DNA from: Thermoanaerobaculia bacterium
GTDB lineage: Bacteria; Acidobacteriota; Thermoanaerobaculia; Multivoradales; Multivoraceae
DNA: 64,000 nt
Direction of reading: 5' to 3'
Assembly (NCBI GenBank): GCA_963664405.1
Contig: OY761158.1
Coordinates: 3,936,001 to 4,000,000, forward strand
Numbering within the stretch: position 1 is the first letter of the stretch; the number at the start of each line of letters is the position of its first letter. The position numbers and the translations under genes are program-made. Shown here one piece after another: positions 19,914-30,302 of the stretch. Below the pieces are notes generated by a model. It saw only the letters and a list, made by a program, of their open reading frames with translations. It had not been told where the DNA came from and did no database searches.

Positions 19914-21038
19914 TGTGGGGGGCGAAAATCCTATCTGTCTCACGCAGCGAGTCGTCTGCGGTATCGATGGTGGAGTCCACCGACCTGCGGGAACGCGATC
20001 ACATGGCCCATCTCGGGTGGCTCTACCGCGCGAGGCACGGGACAGTTGTTGTCCAGGGACCGGTGAGTGCGCGCGTCATGGTAGTAGTTGACGTAGCTGC
20101 GAAGAACTCGGCGGAGGTGCTGCTCATTGAGGACCAAGACATGGTCGAGGCACTCTCGACGGATGGAGCCGATCAGCCGTTCGCAATACGGATTCTGCCA
20201 GGGCGAGTGCGGCGCAGTCTTGACCTCCTCGATGCCGATCGCCTCGATGCATCTGGCGAACTCACCAAGGAACTTCGTGTCGTTGTCACGGAGTAGGTAG
20301 CGAGGGGCGGTGTCGTAGGGAAACGCCTCGAGGAGTTGTCGAGCGGTCCAGGCGCTGGACGGCGCGTCGGTCACGTTCCAGTGGATGATTCTGCGGCGGT
20401 CGTGCGACATGACGAGCAGCACGAAGAGGACTCGAAACGTCGCCGTCGGTACGGTGAAGAAGTCGATGGCGACCGTGTCCTCGAGGTGATTGTCGAGGAA
20501 CGTTCGCCAGGTTTGGGACGGTGGGGTCCCTCGCTTTGGCCTGTATTTGGCAACGGTGGAGTCGGTCAAGCTGATGCCGAGCTTGGCGAGCTCGGACTGG
20601 ATGCGCCGCTTGCCCCAGGTCGGATTGGCGTTCCACATGTCGCGGATCAGCTTGCGCTGTTCGGGATCAATCCTCGGCCGCCCGCCCTTGGACCGGCTTT
20701 TCCGGCGCCAGTAGTACCTGAATCCAGCGCGATGCCATTTGACGACAGTGGCAGGTTGGACCAGTTGGAGCACCTCGCTCCACCTTGGCCACACGCACTT
20801 CAGCCCGATCCAAAAGAGTCGGTCTTGGTCTTCGAGTTGGGGCTTCTTTGACAGGCGATGAAGCACTGCGAGTTGGTGGCGAAGAGCGAGGTTCTCGAGC
20901 GCCAGATCGCACCTCGGCCCGAGAGCCGAGACGGCGCTGCGAAAGATGGTTCGGAGTAGTTCCCACATAGGATGCCGACTCTACCGACCGGTACGGAAGG
21001 TGAGTGATTTCAGGGCGGACGGGTATTCGCCCCCCACA
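19914..21038 (-). mobile_element. IS with integrase-core (rve) transposase, IS481-like
   Basis: TIR TGTGGGGGGCGAA(A/T)A(T/C)CC at both ends; no target duplication seen. Confidence 0.85.
19940..20968 (-). CDS. Integrase-core-domain transposase
   Basis: LENLALRHQL, AIDFFTVPT, YLLRDND, SPWQNPYCERLIGSIRRECLDH, GGLHHRY. Confidence 0.92.
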   Translation of the reverse strand: MWELLRTIFRSAVSALGPRCDLALENLALRHQLAVLHRLSKKPQLEDQDRLFWIGLKCVWPRWSEVLQLVQPATVVKWHRAGFRYYWRRKSRSKGGRPRIDPEQRKLIRDMWNANPTWGKRRIQSELAKLGISLTDSTVAKYRPKRGTPPSQTWRTFLDNHLEDTVAIDFFTVPTATFRVLFVLLVMSHDRRRIIHWNVTDAPSSAWTARQLLEAFPYDTAPRYLLRDNDTKFLGEFARCIEAIGIEEVKTAPHSPWQNPYCERLIGSIRRECLDHVLVLNEQHLRRVLRSYVNYYHDARTHRSLDNNCPVPRAVEPPEMGHVIAFPQVGGLHHRYRRRLAA

Positions 21039-21124
21039 GCCGCCCAATCCGGCGCCCTTCGGCTCAGGAGAGGGTACCGCCTCATTCACTCGGTAGGTTT
21101 TGCGGATGCAGTATTATGAGATCG

Positions 21125-21412
21125 ATGAAGGATGCCATGCTGTCCCGCCACCGCGACGAGATCCTGCGGATCGCAGCCGCACACGGAGCGAGCCACATCC
21201 GCGTTTTCGGCTCGCGTGCGAGAGGTGAGGGCGGAGCCGAGAGTGACATCGACCTGCTGCTCGACCTCGAAGCGGGTCGCTCTTTGCTCGACCTGATCGG
21301 CCTCGAGCAGGCGATCGAGGACTTGACTCAGCTCGAAGTCGACGTGGTCACAACCGGTGGGCTTTCCCCATATCTGCGAGATCGGGTCGTGGCCGAGGCT
21401 GTTCCGCTTTGA
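21125..21412 (+). CDS. Minimal nucleotidyltransferase antitoxin (MntA-like)
   Basis: VFGSRARGE...SDIDLL, VDVVT. Confidence 0.9.
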   Translation: MKDAMLSRHRDEILRIAAAHGASHIRVFGSRARGEGGAESDIDLLLDLEAGRSLLDLIGLEQAIEDLTQLEVDVVTTGGLSPYLRDRVVAEAVPL

Positions 21413-21750
21413 GCCGGGACGAGCTCTACCTTCGACACATCCTCGACGCCATCCGAACCATCGAGCAGTACATCGCCGCGGGGCGGGAGGCCTTCATGGG
21501 CGATCCGATGCGTCAGGACGCGGTCATGAGACGGCTCGAGATTATCGGTGAAGCCACGAAGCAGCTCTCCAGGGAGGTGACGGCAGACAGACCCGAGATT
21601 CCGTGGCGCAGGGTGGCCGGTCTGCGGGATCGCCTCATCCACGGATACGCGAGCGTCGATCTCGACACGGTCTGGGAGGTCACGGTGCGCGACCTGCCGG
21701 CCTTCAAGGGCGCCATCGCGACCATGTTGGAGGAGTCCGACCCTTTCTAG
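21409..21750 (+). CDS. HEPN/DUF86 ribonuclease toxin (HepT-like)
   Basis: YLRHILDAI, LEIIGEA, IPWRRVAGLRDRLIHGY (RxxxxH). Confidence 0.92.
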   Translation: MSRDELYLRHILDAIRTIEQYIAAGREAFMGDPMRQDAVMRRLEIIGEATKQLSREVTADRPEIPWRRVAGLRDRLIHGYASVDLDTVWEVTVRDLPAFKGAIATMLEESDPF

Positions 21751-21879
21751 CGCTACTGGAGCCGTAGGCCGCCAAGTGGCCGGTTGCCATATGGCACGTA
21801 TTGGCTTCACAACGAGGTGGCGAAGCGGTTGTGTGCGGGTGAGGGAGTCGCTAGAGGCACCCTCCGAGGTCGGTTCTGA

Positions 21880-22959
21880 TCCGCCATCGCCTTCGCTGCC
21901 CCAAGAGACATCCCGAGGACGCCGAGCGGCAAGCCAGACCTGTCGGGCAACTACGAGCTCCGCTTTCTTACCCCCTTCCAGCGCGATGCCGAGCACGGCA
22001 CCAGGATGTATATGAGCTCCGAGGAGGCGAAGGAGGTCGAGGAGGCTGCCGCCAGGAGGGTCCTACCGGAGGATGTGACGATCAATTCGAACCGCGAGCT
22101 TCCGCCGGCCGGGGGTACCGGAGTGCGTGGCAACGTGGGCGGCTACAACCAGTTCATTTGGTTCGACAGGGTCACCACGACCTTTGCCGTCGACGGAAAG
22201 TTCCGCGCCTCGATCCTCACCGACCCTTCGCATGGCCGGCTGCCGCCGCTCACCGAAACGGGCAAGCAGTGGCGCGAGGGAATGCAGCGGCGCTACAACC
22301 ACAACCCCGGGGGGGCCTGGTGGCTGGAGACCGGTGAGGATCTCTACGATCATCCCGAGGTTCAGAACCTGGGTATGCGCTGCATCTACAACACCGCGGC
22401 GACGGTGCCGGTGCGCCAGACCGGCGGCTACAACAACGTCAAGACCATCACCCAGACCGATACGCACGTGGTGATCCTCGTCGAGTGGTTCCACTGGCCT
22501 CGCATCATCCGTCTCGGCGCTGAGGGGCGTCGCCCCGAGCATCTGCCGGCGGAGATCCACTCCTTCAGCGGAGACTCGATCGGCTGGTGGGAGGGCGATC
22601 CCGCCGGAGGCGACGACACCCTGGTCGTCGACACCACCAACTTTCGCCGCCAGGGCGAGGCTCCGGTAGCGAGTGACCGCCGTCGCGCGGGGCGCGAACA
22701 GAACTTCCTGCGCGAGCCGGGAACGCCCCACGAGGGCTTGCACGTCGTGGAACGCTTCACGGCCACCGACGACGGCCTCTTCTACGAGTTCACCGTCGAA
22801 GATCCCGACTACACCGCGCCCTACAGCGGCTCACTGCCCTGGCCGCGAACCGACAGCAAGCTCTACGAGTACGCCTGCCACGAGGGCAACTACTCGATGG
22901 GCAACATGCTGCGCGGGGCGCGGTTGGCGGAGCAGGAGTGGCTCGAAGCGAACCGCTAG
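21880..22959 (+). pseudogene. Conserved secreted hypothetical protein, 5'-truncated
   Basis: Frame reads AIAFAAPRDIPRTPSGKPDLSG with no start codon; GDSIGWWEG..DTLVVDTTNF, YEYACHEGNY. Confidence 0.65.
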
Positions 22960-23135
22960 CCTGGACGATTCATGAGGGTCCGTAGCGAGGTGCCGCAGAT
23001 GCCCGGAGATACAAGGCGTCGCGACCGAGGGCACCGCAGGCGTATTTGGCAGTACGTCGAGGAGCCCGAACGAGCGCAACGCAGTAGATTCGGGCAGCTG
23101 CGGCACCGCAGTAGGAGCTTCATGAATAATCCAGG
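22960..23135. mobile_element. MITE-like element (176 bp)
   Basis: TIR CCTGGA(CG/TT)ATTCATGA, CTAG on both flanks, long internal inverted repeat, no ORF. Confidence 0.8.
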
Positions 23136-23202
23136 CTAGAGGCTAGCTCACCTCCGCCATCTCGTCGAGACGAAGATCCAGGGCTACCCGGGCCGAAAGA
23201 CC

Positions 23203-23243
23203 GTCTCGAGGCGGGGACGCAACCGCGCCACCCGCCTCGAGAC
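23203..23243. terminator. Hairpin between convergent genes
   Basis: 13-bp stem GTCTCGAGGCGGG/CCCGCCTCGAGAC; weak U tract. Confidence 0.45.
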
Positions 23244-23256
23244 AGAGCTCAGAAAC

Positions 23257-25980
23257 CTAGAAACGAATCCCAACCTTGAGACGAAACTCGCGCGGCCGCT
23301 GCCAGGCCAGGAGCGAGTTGATGGGCTGAAGGGTATTGGTGTCGATCTCGAGCACCTCCTGCTGGTCGGTGATGTTGGCGACCTCGAAGCCGAGCTGCCC
23401 CTCCACTGGACCCTTGATCGGAAACGACCACATCGCCGAGAAGTCGAGCGTATAGATGCCGTCCAGCTGCTGGCCGTCGCGCGGCTCGACGCGGGTCGAG
23501 GTGTCGATCTCGAGACCGGTCACCGGATGCGCTACGGTGGTGGCGGCAGTCCCGCCGAAGTACCTGCCGGAGCTGACGGCGAAAAAGCCACCCAGGGTCA
23601 GGGCCTGCTTGCCGAACTGAAAGCGCTTCATGGCGATGAGGTTGAGCCGGTCGATATCGTGACGCAGGTGCCCGGCCCGGAACCTGGCGGTGGCGTCGGT
23701 CGCGCCAGGTGCAATACCCGCGTCCTGCACCGTTTGGTTCGGCAGCTCGAGGCCGCCGAGGCCCTCGAACAGATCCTCGAGGCTGTCGTTGGTGTCGGTA
23801 TTCCCTTCGGCGTCGCCCACCGTCAGGTTGGACCGGAACGTCCAGCCGCCGCGGAACCTGCGATTGAGCTCGAGGCTGACTGCCGAATATTCGCGAAAGG
23901 CACCGGGCCAGTTGCGGACCACGCGCGCTATGGCCGTGCCGTCGTCGATGTACTGGTCGTTGCCGAAGAAGAGGTCGTCGGTCTCGTGGTACACCAGGCT
24001 CGACTTGAAGACCCAGTTCTGCGCCAGCTGCCAGTCCACGCCAACCGCGACCTGGTCCTTGTAGGGGAGGTCGACCGGCTGCAGGGTCTGGGTCGCGAAG
24101 GCCGGCCTCCTGCTCGTGCGGAAAATATCGTAGCGCTCGGTGGCGGGATTCCAATTGAACTCGTCGTAGCTCTGATTCCCAACGGGTAGCGCACTGAACT
24201 CGCGGAAGGCGAAATCCAGGCCGATGTTCTGGTAGTAGCGCCCGACGCTGCCGCGCACCAGCAGCTTGCCGTCGGCATTGACGTCGTAGACCACGGTCAG
24301 ACGGGGTGCGATGTCGTCGGAATCGTGGATCTGCGTGCCGACGTCGTTGTCGATCGTCTCGGCGTCGTAGCGCACGCCCATGTGGAGGCTCCAGCGATCA
24401 CCGACGTCGAGGCGGTCCTGCACATAGGCCGAGCTCTCGATAGCGTCGCTGCGCGACGCCACGGACGGCAAGAAGACCCGCTTGCGCTGCGGTGTCTGGA
24501 AGCCTCCGGGGCATTCAAAACAGAAGTTTCTGCCGCGATACTCCTTGCCCGGGTTGCCCAAATTCTCGAACGCGATGTCCTGGATGTCGATGCCGAACTT
24601 GATCTCGTTGCGCCCTTTGAACAAGGTCGCCGAGCCATGGGCCGTGTCGCGAGGGAAGGTGTTGTGGCCGATCCCCTGGCCGCTCACCACGCCGTTAAAG
24701 CGAACGTTACTTTGCGCCCGATCGCGGTAGCGGAAATTGTTGTCGACCGGATTGTCGGAGCACTCGGGGCACAGTGTCGCCGGATCCTTGGGGAATTTGA
24801 GAGTGCGAGGAAAGAGATCCTTGCGCTCGGATACCTTGACCTCGATGAAGGTCGAGCTGGTAGCGGCGAAGCTCCAGCTCCCGGTCAGTACCTGCGCGTA
24901 GAGCGGACGGGCCGTGATGGCAGCACGGTCGCCGGTGCGAAAGGTGGCGGCGAGGGAGTCGCCGCGCGAATCGATCCACGTCCCCGCCAGCTGGTGGCGA
25001 TCGCTAGGCTGGTAGTTGAGCTTGAGGATGCGGGGCTCCGAGGTGCGACTGTTGTCAACCACCTCGCCGCTCGCCAATTGGTCCAGGAGGTTCTCGGTCA
25101 TATCGGCGTAGGCGGCAAAGAACCACGCCTTTTGGCGCAAGATGGGCCCGCCCAGCGACGTCTCGTAGTTGTTGACCTGGTCGTCCGGTCGCTCCAACCC
25201 GAACTGGTCCTCGGCTCTCCACTTCGGATTCTGGCCGACGTAGAGAAAATCGCCGTGAAAGTTGTTGGTGCCGGTCTTGACGGTCGAGTTGATGATGCCG
25301 CCGCTCACCCGGCCGTACTCGGCGCCGAAGCCCATCTGTTCGAGGCTGGTCTCCGACAGCGCCGACGCCGGCATGACTACGCGCGCCGCGCCCCCCGTCC
25401 GGGTGTTCGAGGTGTCCACACCTTCGATCAAGACCTGCGTCTCGGTGTAAATGCCGCCGTTGATTCCGGGCGTAGTGTCGCGCTCGTTTCTGTTCACCAC
25501 GCCGGGAAGCGCGCGAAGGGTGGAGGCATAGAAGCGACTCTCGAAGGCAACGTTCTCGATCACCTCCGACTTCAGTGAGCTGACGGAGCCGGTTTCGTAC
25601 TTGCTTATCAGCGCCGCTTCGCCGGTGACGGTGATCTCTTCCGCGCTTCCCCCTTCCAAAGTGAGGTCGACGCCACGGCGCTGACCCGGAGCGAGCGTGG
25701 TCGCCAGCTCGGCCGCCCCCAGCCCCTCCAGCTCTGCGGTGACGGTGAACTCCCCTGCCTGCAGGAGCGCGAAGCGATACCGCCCTGCGGCATCGGACAT
25801 GGTGCTCGTCGTTCGCTGCGGACCGGCCAGGGTCACCGTCGCCCCGGGCAGGGCTTGCCCCTGGGCGTCGAGGACGCGGCCGTCGATGGTTGCGGTCGAC
25901 GGACCGTCCGCCGCTAGCGGTAGAGCGCATACGGCGATGGCGCAGATGCAAATAAGTGACCTAAGTGCGATTGCCTTCAT
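23257..25980 (-). CDS. TonB-dependent receptor with carboxypeptidase-regulatory-like domain (Oar-type)
   Basis: Signal peptide, GRVLDAQGQALPGATVTL, AEYGRVSGGIIN...KTGTNNFHG, C-terminal PREFRLKVGIRF. Confidence 0.9.
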   Translation of the reverse strand: MKAIALRSLICICAIAVCALPLAADGPSTATIDGRVLDAQGQALPGATVTLAGPQRTTSTMSDAAGRYRFALLQAGEFTVTAELEGLGAAELATTLAPGQRRGVDLTLEGGSAEEITVTGEAALISKYETGSVSSLKSEVIENVAFESRFYASTLRALPGVVNRNERDTTPGINGGIYTETQVLIEGVDTSNTRTGGAARVVMPASALSETSLEQMGFGAEYGRVSGGIINSTVKTGTNNFHGDFLYVGQNPKWRAEDQFGLERPDDQVNNYETSLGGPILRQKAWFFAAYADMTENLLDQLASGEVVDNSRTSEPRILKLNYQPSDRHQLAGTWIDSRGDSLAATFRTGDRAAITARPLYAQVLTGSWSFAATSSTFIEVKVSERKDLFPRTLKFPKDPATLCPECSDNPVDNNFRYRDRAQSNVRFNGVVSGQGIGHNTFPRDTAHGSATLFKGRNEIKFGIDIQDIAFENLGNPGKEYRGRNFCFECPGGFQTPQRKRVFLPSVASRSDAIESSAYVQDRLDVGDRWSLHMGVRYDAETIDNDVGTQIHDSDDIAPRLTVVYDVNADGKLLVRGSVGRYYQNIGLDFAFREFSALPVGNQSYDEFNWNPATERYDIFRTSRRPAFATQTLQPVDLPYKDQVAVGVDWQLAQNWVFKSSLVYHETDDLFFGNDQYIDDGTAIARVVRNWPGAFREYSAVSLELNRRFRGGWTFRSNLTVGDAEGNTDTNDSLEDLFEGLGGLELPNQTVQDAGIAPGATDATARFRAGHLRHDIDRLNLIAMKRFQFGKQALTLGGFFAVSSGRYFGGTAATTVAHPVTGLEIDTSTRVEPRDGQQLDGIYTLDFSAMWSFPIKGPVEGQLGFEVANITDQQEVLEIDTNTLQPINSLLAWQRPREFRLKVGIRF

Positions 25981-26407
25981 GATCCGGTCCTTCAGTTTCT
26001 CGACCTTGGCGTGACCACCGAGCCGTTCTGTGGGCACAGCGGCCTAACGTAGCCACTACTCGAATTCTTTTGGTAATGATACCTCATGCCGGTCGAGTTG
26101 ACACAATGTTTAGAGATCTTGTTGCGAATACAATGCCAATCCACATGTTGTGTACTGGGGGGGGGCTGACGCAGGTCGGATACCATATGTTGTGTTTTAG
26201 CTAGAACCCCATACTCAAAAAAATGCATCGATATTCAAAGTTTTGGATATCCGGACCGTTTGAGGATGAAGGCAAAGTGATCGTTCTGGTCCTGAAAAGC
26301 GCGAACGAGGCCTAGGCGCCCAGAGCCACCAGAAGCTCCACTACAAGTACCAACACTCTTCGATCTGGCACATCGAGTACTCCCTCGACGATCTCCCCGT
26401 CGAGGAG

Positions 26408-26674
26408 GTGCTCCACAACGACTATGTCGCCATGATCGCTCTGTACGGGCAGCTAGTGGAGAGCGACCTCGTACCCGATCCGGCAACGCTCGCCGAAGGC
26501 CTTGCGGATCCCCCTAGCGAGGCCGTGGTTACCAGTTTCGAGGAGTGGAGGCCATCTAGTAAAGGCAAGAGCCCAGGTCTTGTTGTTTCCCTAAGCTTGA
26601 CGCCTTCGGGGGAGGACCACTCACAAAGATTCTTCGACATCATCACGGGGCGCGAACAGCGCGCCATCCCATGA
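26408..26674 (+). CDS. Hypothetical protein or fragment
   Basis: 88-aa ORF ending at the edge of box-site D; no recognised motif. Confidence 0.3.
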   Translation: MLHNDYVAMIALYGQLVESDLVPDPATLAEGLADPPSEAVVTSFEEWRPSSKGKSPGLVVSLSLTPSGEDHSQRFFDIITGREQRAIP

Positions 26675-26833
26675 TATTTTCACCCCACGGCCACGACGAG
26701 AGTCCAACATCTACGGGCTCTAGCGAGCACCGCTGTCGTCTTCTGTGGTGCCTTGCGACACCACAGATCGAGCTTTGAGCGACTGATCCCAACGGACGAC
26801 CGGTAAGATGTTGCCAAGTCATGGTTCAAGAAG
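26672..26833 (+). repeat. Box-site D (A-like left part, C-like right part)
   Basis: Box 26734-26760; upstream resembles 8807-8882, downstream resembles 17463 onward. Confidence 0.8.
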
Positions 26834-26889
26834 CAGTAGCGCGCCTTTTCGTCTTCGATTCGGGTGATACCACGATAGGGGAGTAATTG

Positions 26890-28730
26890 ATGACAAGAGT
26901 CCATCGCATTGCCGCGCTGACGGTCGGCGCATTGACTGCCACTTACGCCGCGGGTGCGGAGCGGAACGCCTATTTCGGTGATCTGCACATCCATACGCGC
27001 TTTTCGTTCGACGCGTTCACCTTCGGCACCCGCGCGACACCCGACGACGCATACCGTTATGCCCGCGGGGAGGCGATCAAACACCCCGCCGGCTTCGATA
27101 TTCAGCTCGATCGGCCGCTCGACTTCTACGCCGTCACCGACCACGCCCGGTATCTCGGCAGGTGGTCGGCGATGATGGATCCCAATCATCCTCTGGCGCA
27201 GAGTCCTGAAATCCAGCCCTTTTTCGATGCGAAAAAACTCGCCGAGACGGGTGTGTCCCGACAAACAGCCGTCCGTGGCAGGAGCTTCTTCACCGCCCAT
27301 CCCGACCCGGAGGCCACACGTTCGGCTTGGCGGGAGACCATCGCTTCGGCGGAGCGAAATTACGAGCCGGGCAAGCTCACCACGTTCGTCGCCTACGAAT
27401 ACACGTCATCGGGGACCGATGGGGGCAATCAACACCGCAACGTCATTTTCCGCAGTGCGAAAGCGCCGGAGGTACCCTTCTCTCGACTCGACTCGCCGAA
27501 CCCCGAAGATCTGTGGGACTGGCTCGAGGGCTTGCGCGCACAGGGCATCGAGGCGCTGGCGATCCCCCATAACTCGAACCAAAGCGCAGGCCATAAGTTC
27601 GCGCGCCAGAAGAATTCGGGCGAGCCCTTCGACGCGGCCTATGCCCGGCTGCGGATGCGCAACGAGCCACTGGTCGAGGTCACACAGATCAAGGGCACTT
27701 CGGAGACACACCCCCTGCTCTCGACCAACGACGAGTGGGCGAACTTCGAGATCGAGTTTCTCCCCCCCGCCAATAGGAAGCTTGAGTACGTCCGTGGCAG
27801 CTATGTGCGCGAAGCCTACCTGACCGGTCTCGAGCTCGAGGAAAACGAGGGCTTCAACCCTTACCGCTTCGGGATGATCGGCTCGAGCGACGGCCACAAT
27901 GGGGGCTCCGCTTATCAGGAGTCGAAGTTCTTCAGCAAGCTCGGTGTCCTTGATGCGACGCCGGAGCTGCGCGGCTCTGTGCCCGCGGGGGGTGCTCAGG
28001 CCTGGGGCGACGTTTCACAGACCACGGGAAGGGCTGCCAGGGTGCCAAAGCCTCCAAGCCAAAGGGGCGGCCAGACCTGGGGCGCTTCGGGCTTGGTGGC
28101 GTGTGGACCGAGGAGAACACCCGCGAATCGATCTATGACGCGTTCCGCCGCAAAGAGACGTTCGCCACTAGCGGGCCGCGCATCCGGGTGCGTTTGTTCG
28201 CCAGCTACGACTTCAAGGGCGATGCGCTCGAAGACAAGGATCTGATGGCAAAGGCCTACGAGCACGGTGTGCCGATGGGCGCCGACCTCCCGGCCCGTCG
28301 CCGCGGCGCACCCCAGTTCCTGGTCTGGGCGGTGCAGGACCCCGAGTCGACGAAACTCCAGCGCCTGCAGGTGATCAAGGGCTGGATCGAGGCCGGCCGG
28401 CCGCAGGAGCGGGTCTACGATGTCGCCTGCTCGGACGGTCTCGAGGTCGACCGCCAAACTCATCGCTGCCCCGACAACGGCGCCGAGGTGGATCTTGCGG
28501 ACTGCAGCGTCAGCGCCAACCTCGGCGCGGCGCAGCTCGAAACTCTCTGGGCCGATCCCGACTTCGACCGCCGTCAACGTGCCTTCTACTATGTGCGCGT
28601 GCTCGAGAATCCGTCTTGCCGCTGGTCCACCTGGGACGCCATCCGGGCGGGCACGCCGCCTCGACCCGGTCTTGCGACCACGCTTCAGGAGCGCGCCTTT
28701 TCGTCTCCGATTTGGTTGATCCCACGGTAA
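26890..28730 (+). pseudogene. Second DUF3604 copy, frameshifted near 28098
   Basis: Near-identical to 17601-19406; 1-nt deletion in GGCTTGGTGGCGTGTGG versus GGCTTGGCGGGCGTGTGG. Confidence 0.88.
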
Positions 28731-28951
28731 AGCGTGGGCCTGAGTCAGGGTTTCCTCGAAGCGGCACCCACGCTTGACTCGGGCAGAGTCGGCACTGTGA
28801 GCGGGCCGCAGTGCCGGGTTGTCGCCGCCTCCTTGTTCTTGTGGATGTTGCGGAAGTCGGAGGTCTTTATGACCCCCATGAATTCGCGCAAGCTGGGGTA
28901 GCGCACGATGTGGAGGCGCCAGGATGGGCTCTATCTCCCACCGACCGATGG

Positions 28952-29085
28952 TGTCGTGATTCCCGGCGGTCTGCGACACGCATAGCCGGAAGCAGATAAG
29001 CCTTCGAGCAGAGGTGTTGTCGTGAAATTCGGTGCTCTGCGACAGCACAGGTCGAGCTCCGATCCGCTGATCCCACGGGCGAGGC
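28952..29085 (+). repeat. Box-site G
   Basis: Boxes 28952-28978 and 29018-29044, 39-bp spacer, partial downstream module. Confidence 0.85.
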
Positions 29086-29190
29086 ACGGGAGGTCGAGGC
29101 CGAGCTGCGACGGCTCCTGGCGCGAGCATCAGGTGCGATCGGTGCCAGATCTGAGCGCCGCTTTCCGTCTCTTGTCTTCGAGGGGAGGCA

Positions 29191-29299
29191 ATGGCAGAGG
29201 CGGCTCACAGCCAGGTCTATCGCCGGCGGCGGCCGGAGCGGAGCGTGGCGTACCGCGCCTTGACACACCACTTCGAGCGCTTCCTCCAGGTCTACGATG
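29191..29299 (+). pseudogene. N-terminus of IS91-like (HUH) transposase
   Basis: YRRRRPERSVAYRALTHHFERFLQVYD. Confidence 0.65.
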
Positions 29300-30297
29300 G
29301 CGCTGTCGGGCTCGTGGGGGCCGTTGTAGTCACCGAAAGCGAAGGGCAGCAGATGCTTCTTCCCGACTGCGCTCAGAGGCGGCATGCGACCGTTCGGAGG
29401 GTCGGTGAGAACGGAGTTGCGGTATTTACCGTCGACAGCAAAAGCCGTCGAGCCCAAGTCGAGAAAGACTTTGAAGGCTCCGCCTACATTAGTCCTCGAT
29501 CGACAAAACGGCTTCTGTTTTGTTGCCGTTCTCGTCGAGGACGAATCGCTCCTTGACTGCAGTCATGCCCCTAGGCCTCTGGGCGCCTCGCGCAAGGGCG
29601 CGGAACCCATGGTCAGCTCCGCCATGGCAGAATCAGGTGCTCTCGCTTAGGAGCTTTTCATGCACGGCATCTCGAGCACGGAGCCTCCCACTCAATCACC
29701 AGGGCATCGCGAGGATCCCGGGTGGCAAATTCCGCATGGGCTCCGAGGATTGCTACCTCGAGGAACGGCCCGCGCAGCCGCCACCCGGCTGGACACCCCG
29801 GTGTCGAGCCTCGACATCCTGCCGACCGCGCTCGCGGCGGCGGGGCAAAGCACCGGCCGACCTCGCCCTCGACGGTCACAATCTCCTGCCGCTGTTCGCG
29901 GATGGCTCGGTGCAGTACGATCGCTTCGTGTGGCGCAACTACCCGACCGTAGCGGTGCGACAGGGGGATATGAAGCTCATCAAGCCCAATCAGGACGAGG
30001 TCTTCTTGTCACCGAGGAATGAGGGACTTCCCCACCAAGGAAGATGTGCTCCTAACATTGTACGTCGAGCTCATGCAGCTGCGCTGCTTTTTGATAAAAT
30101 GGGTGGAGGTCTTCGACGCTCGACCCCGCGAGCGCTTCGTCGCTATCGCCGAGATCAACGCCATTCTCTTCCCTCACCCCTATAGCTTAGGGCTCATCGC
30201 CCTTGTAGCAAACGTCGCCGCTCGTGCCTCGGCGGAGGTGAAGCAGCGGATGACCGAGATCAGCGAGGACTTTCATCGCGTCAGGAGGGTGGTATAG
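29300..30297. pseudogene. Run of gene fragments: paralog of the 21880 protein (-), FGE-sulfatase, sulfatase C-terminus, TetR-like piece (+)
   Basis: AFAVDGKYRNSVLTDPPNGRMPPL; IPGGKFRMGSE; PVSSLDILPT/LDGHNLLP/AVRQGDMKL; FPTKEDVL. Confidence 0.6.
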
Positions 30298-30302
30298 CGA
30301 CA

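Noticed and set aside
21877-21879. In-frame TGA upstream of the 21880 gene as selenocysteine
   Set aside because: Not in a Cys-type motif; upstream sequence shows no continuation of the signal peptide, so truncation is more likely
26040-26300. AT-rich region upstream of the TonB receptor as an ncRNA or riboswitch
   Set aside because: No recognisable cobalamin/TPP aptamer motifs; best explained as a promoter region
28090-28110. Programmed frameshift in the second DUF3604 copy (also the shift near 36025)
   Set aside because: No slippery sequence and the DUF3604 paralog is intact; simple indel or sequencing error
13848-29044. Box sites as integron attC or Xer dif/pdif sites
   Set aside because: No RYYYAAC/GTTRRRY ends, no XerD-like TTATGTTAAAT half-site, and no IntI-type integrase seen
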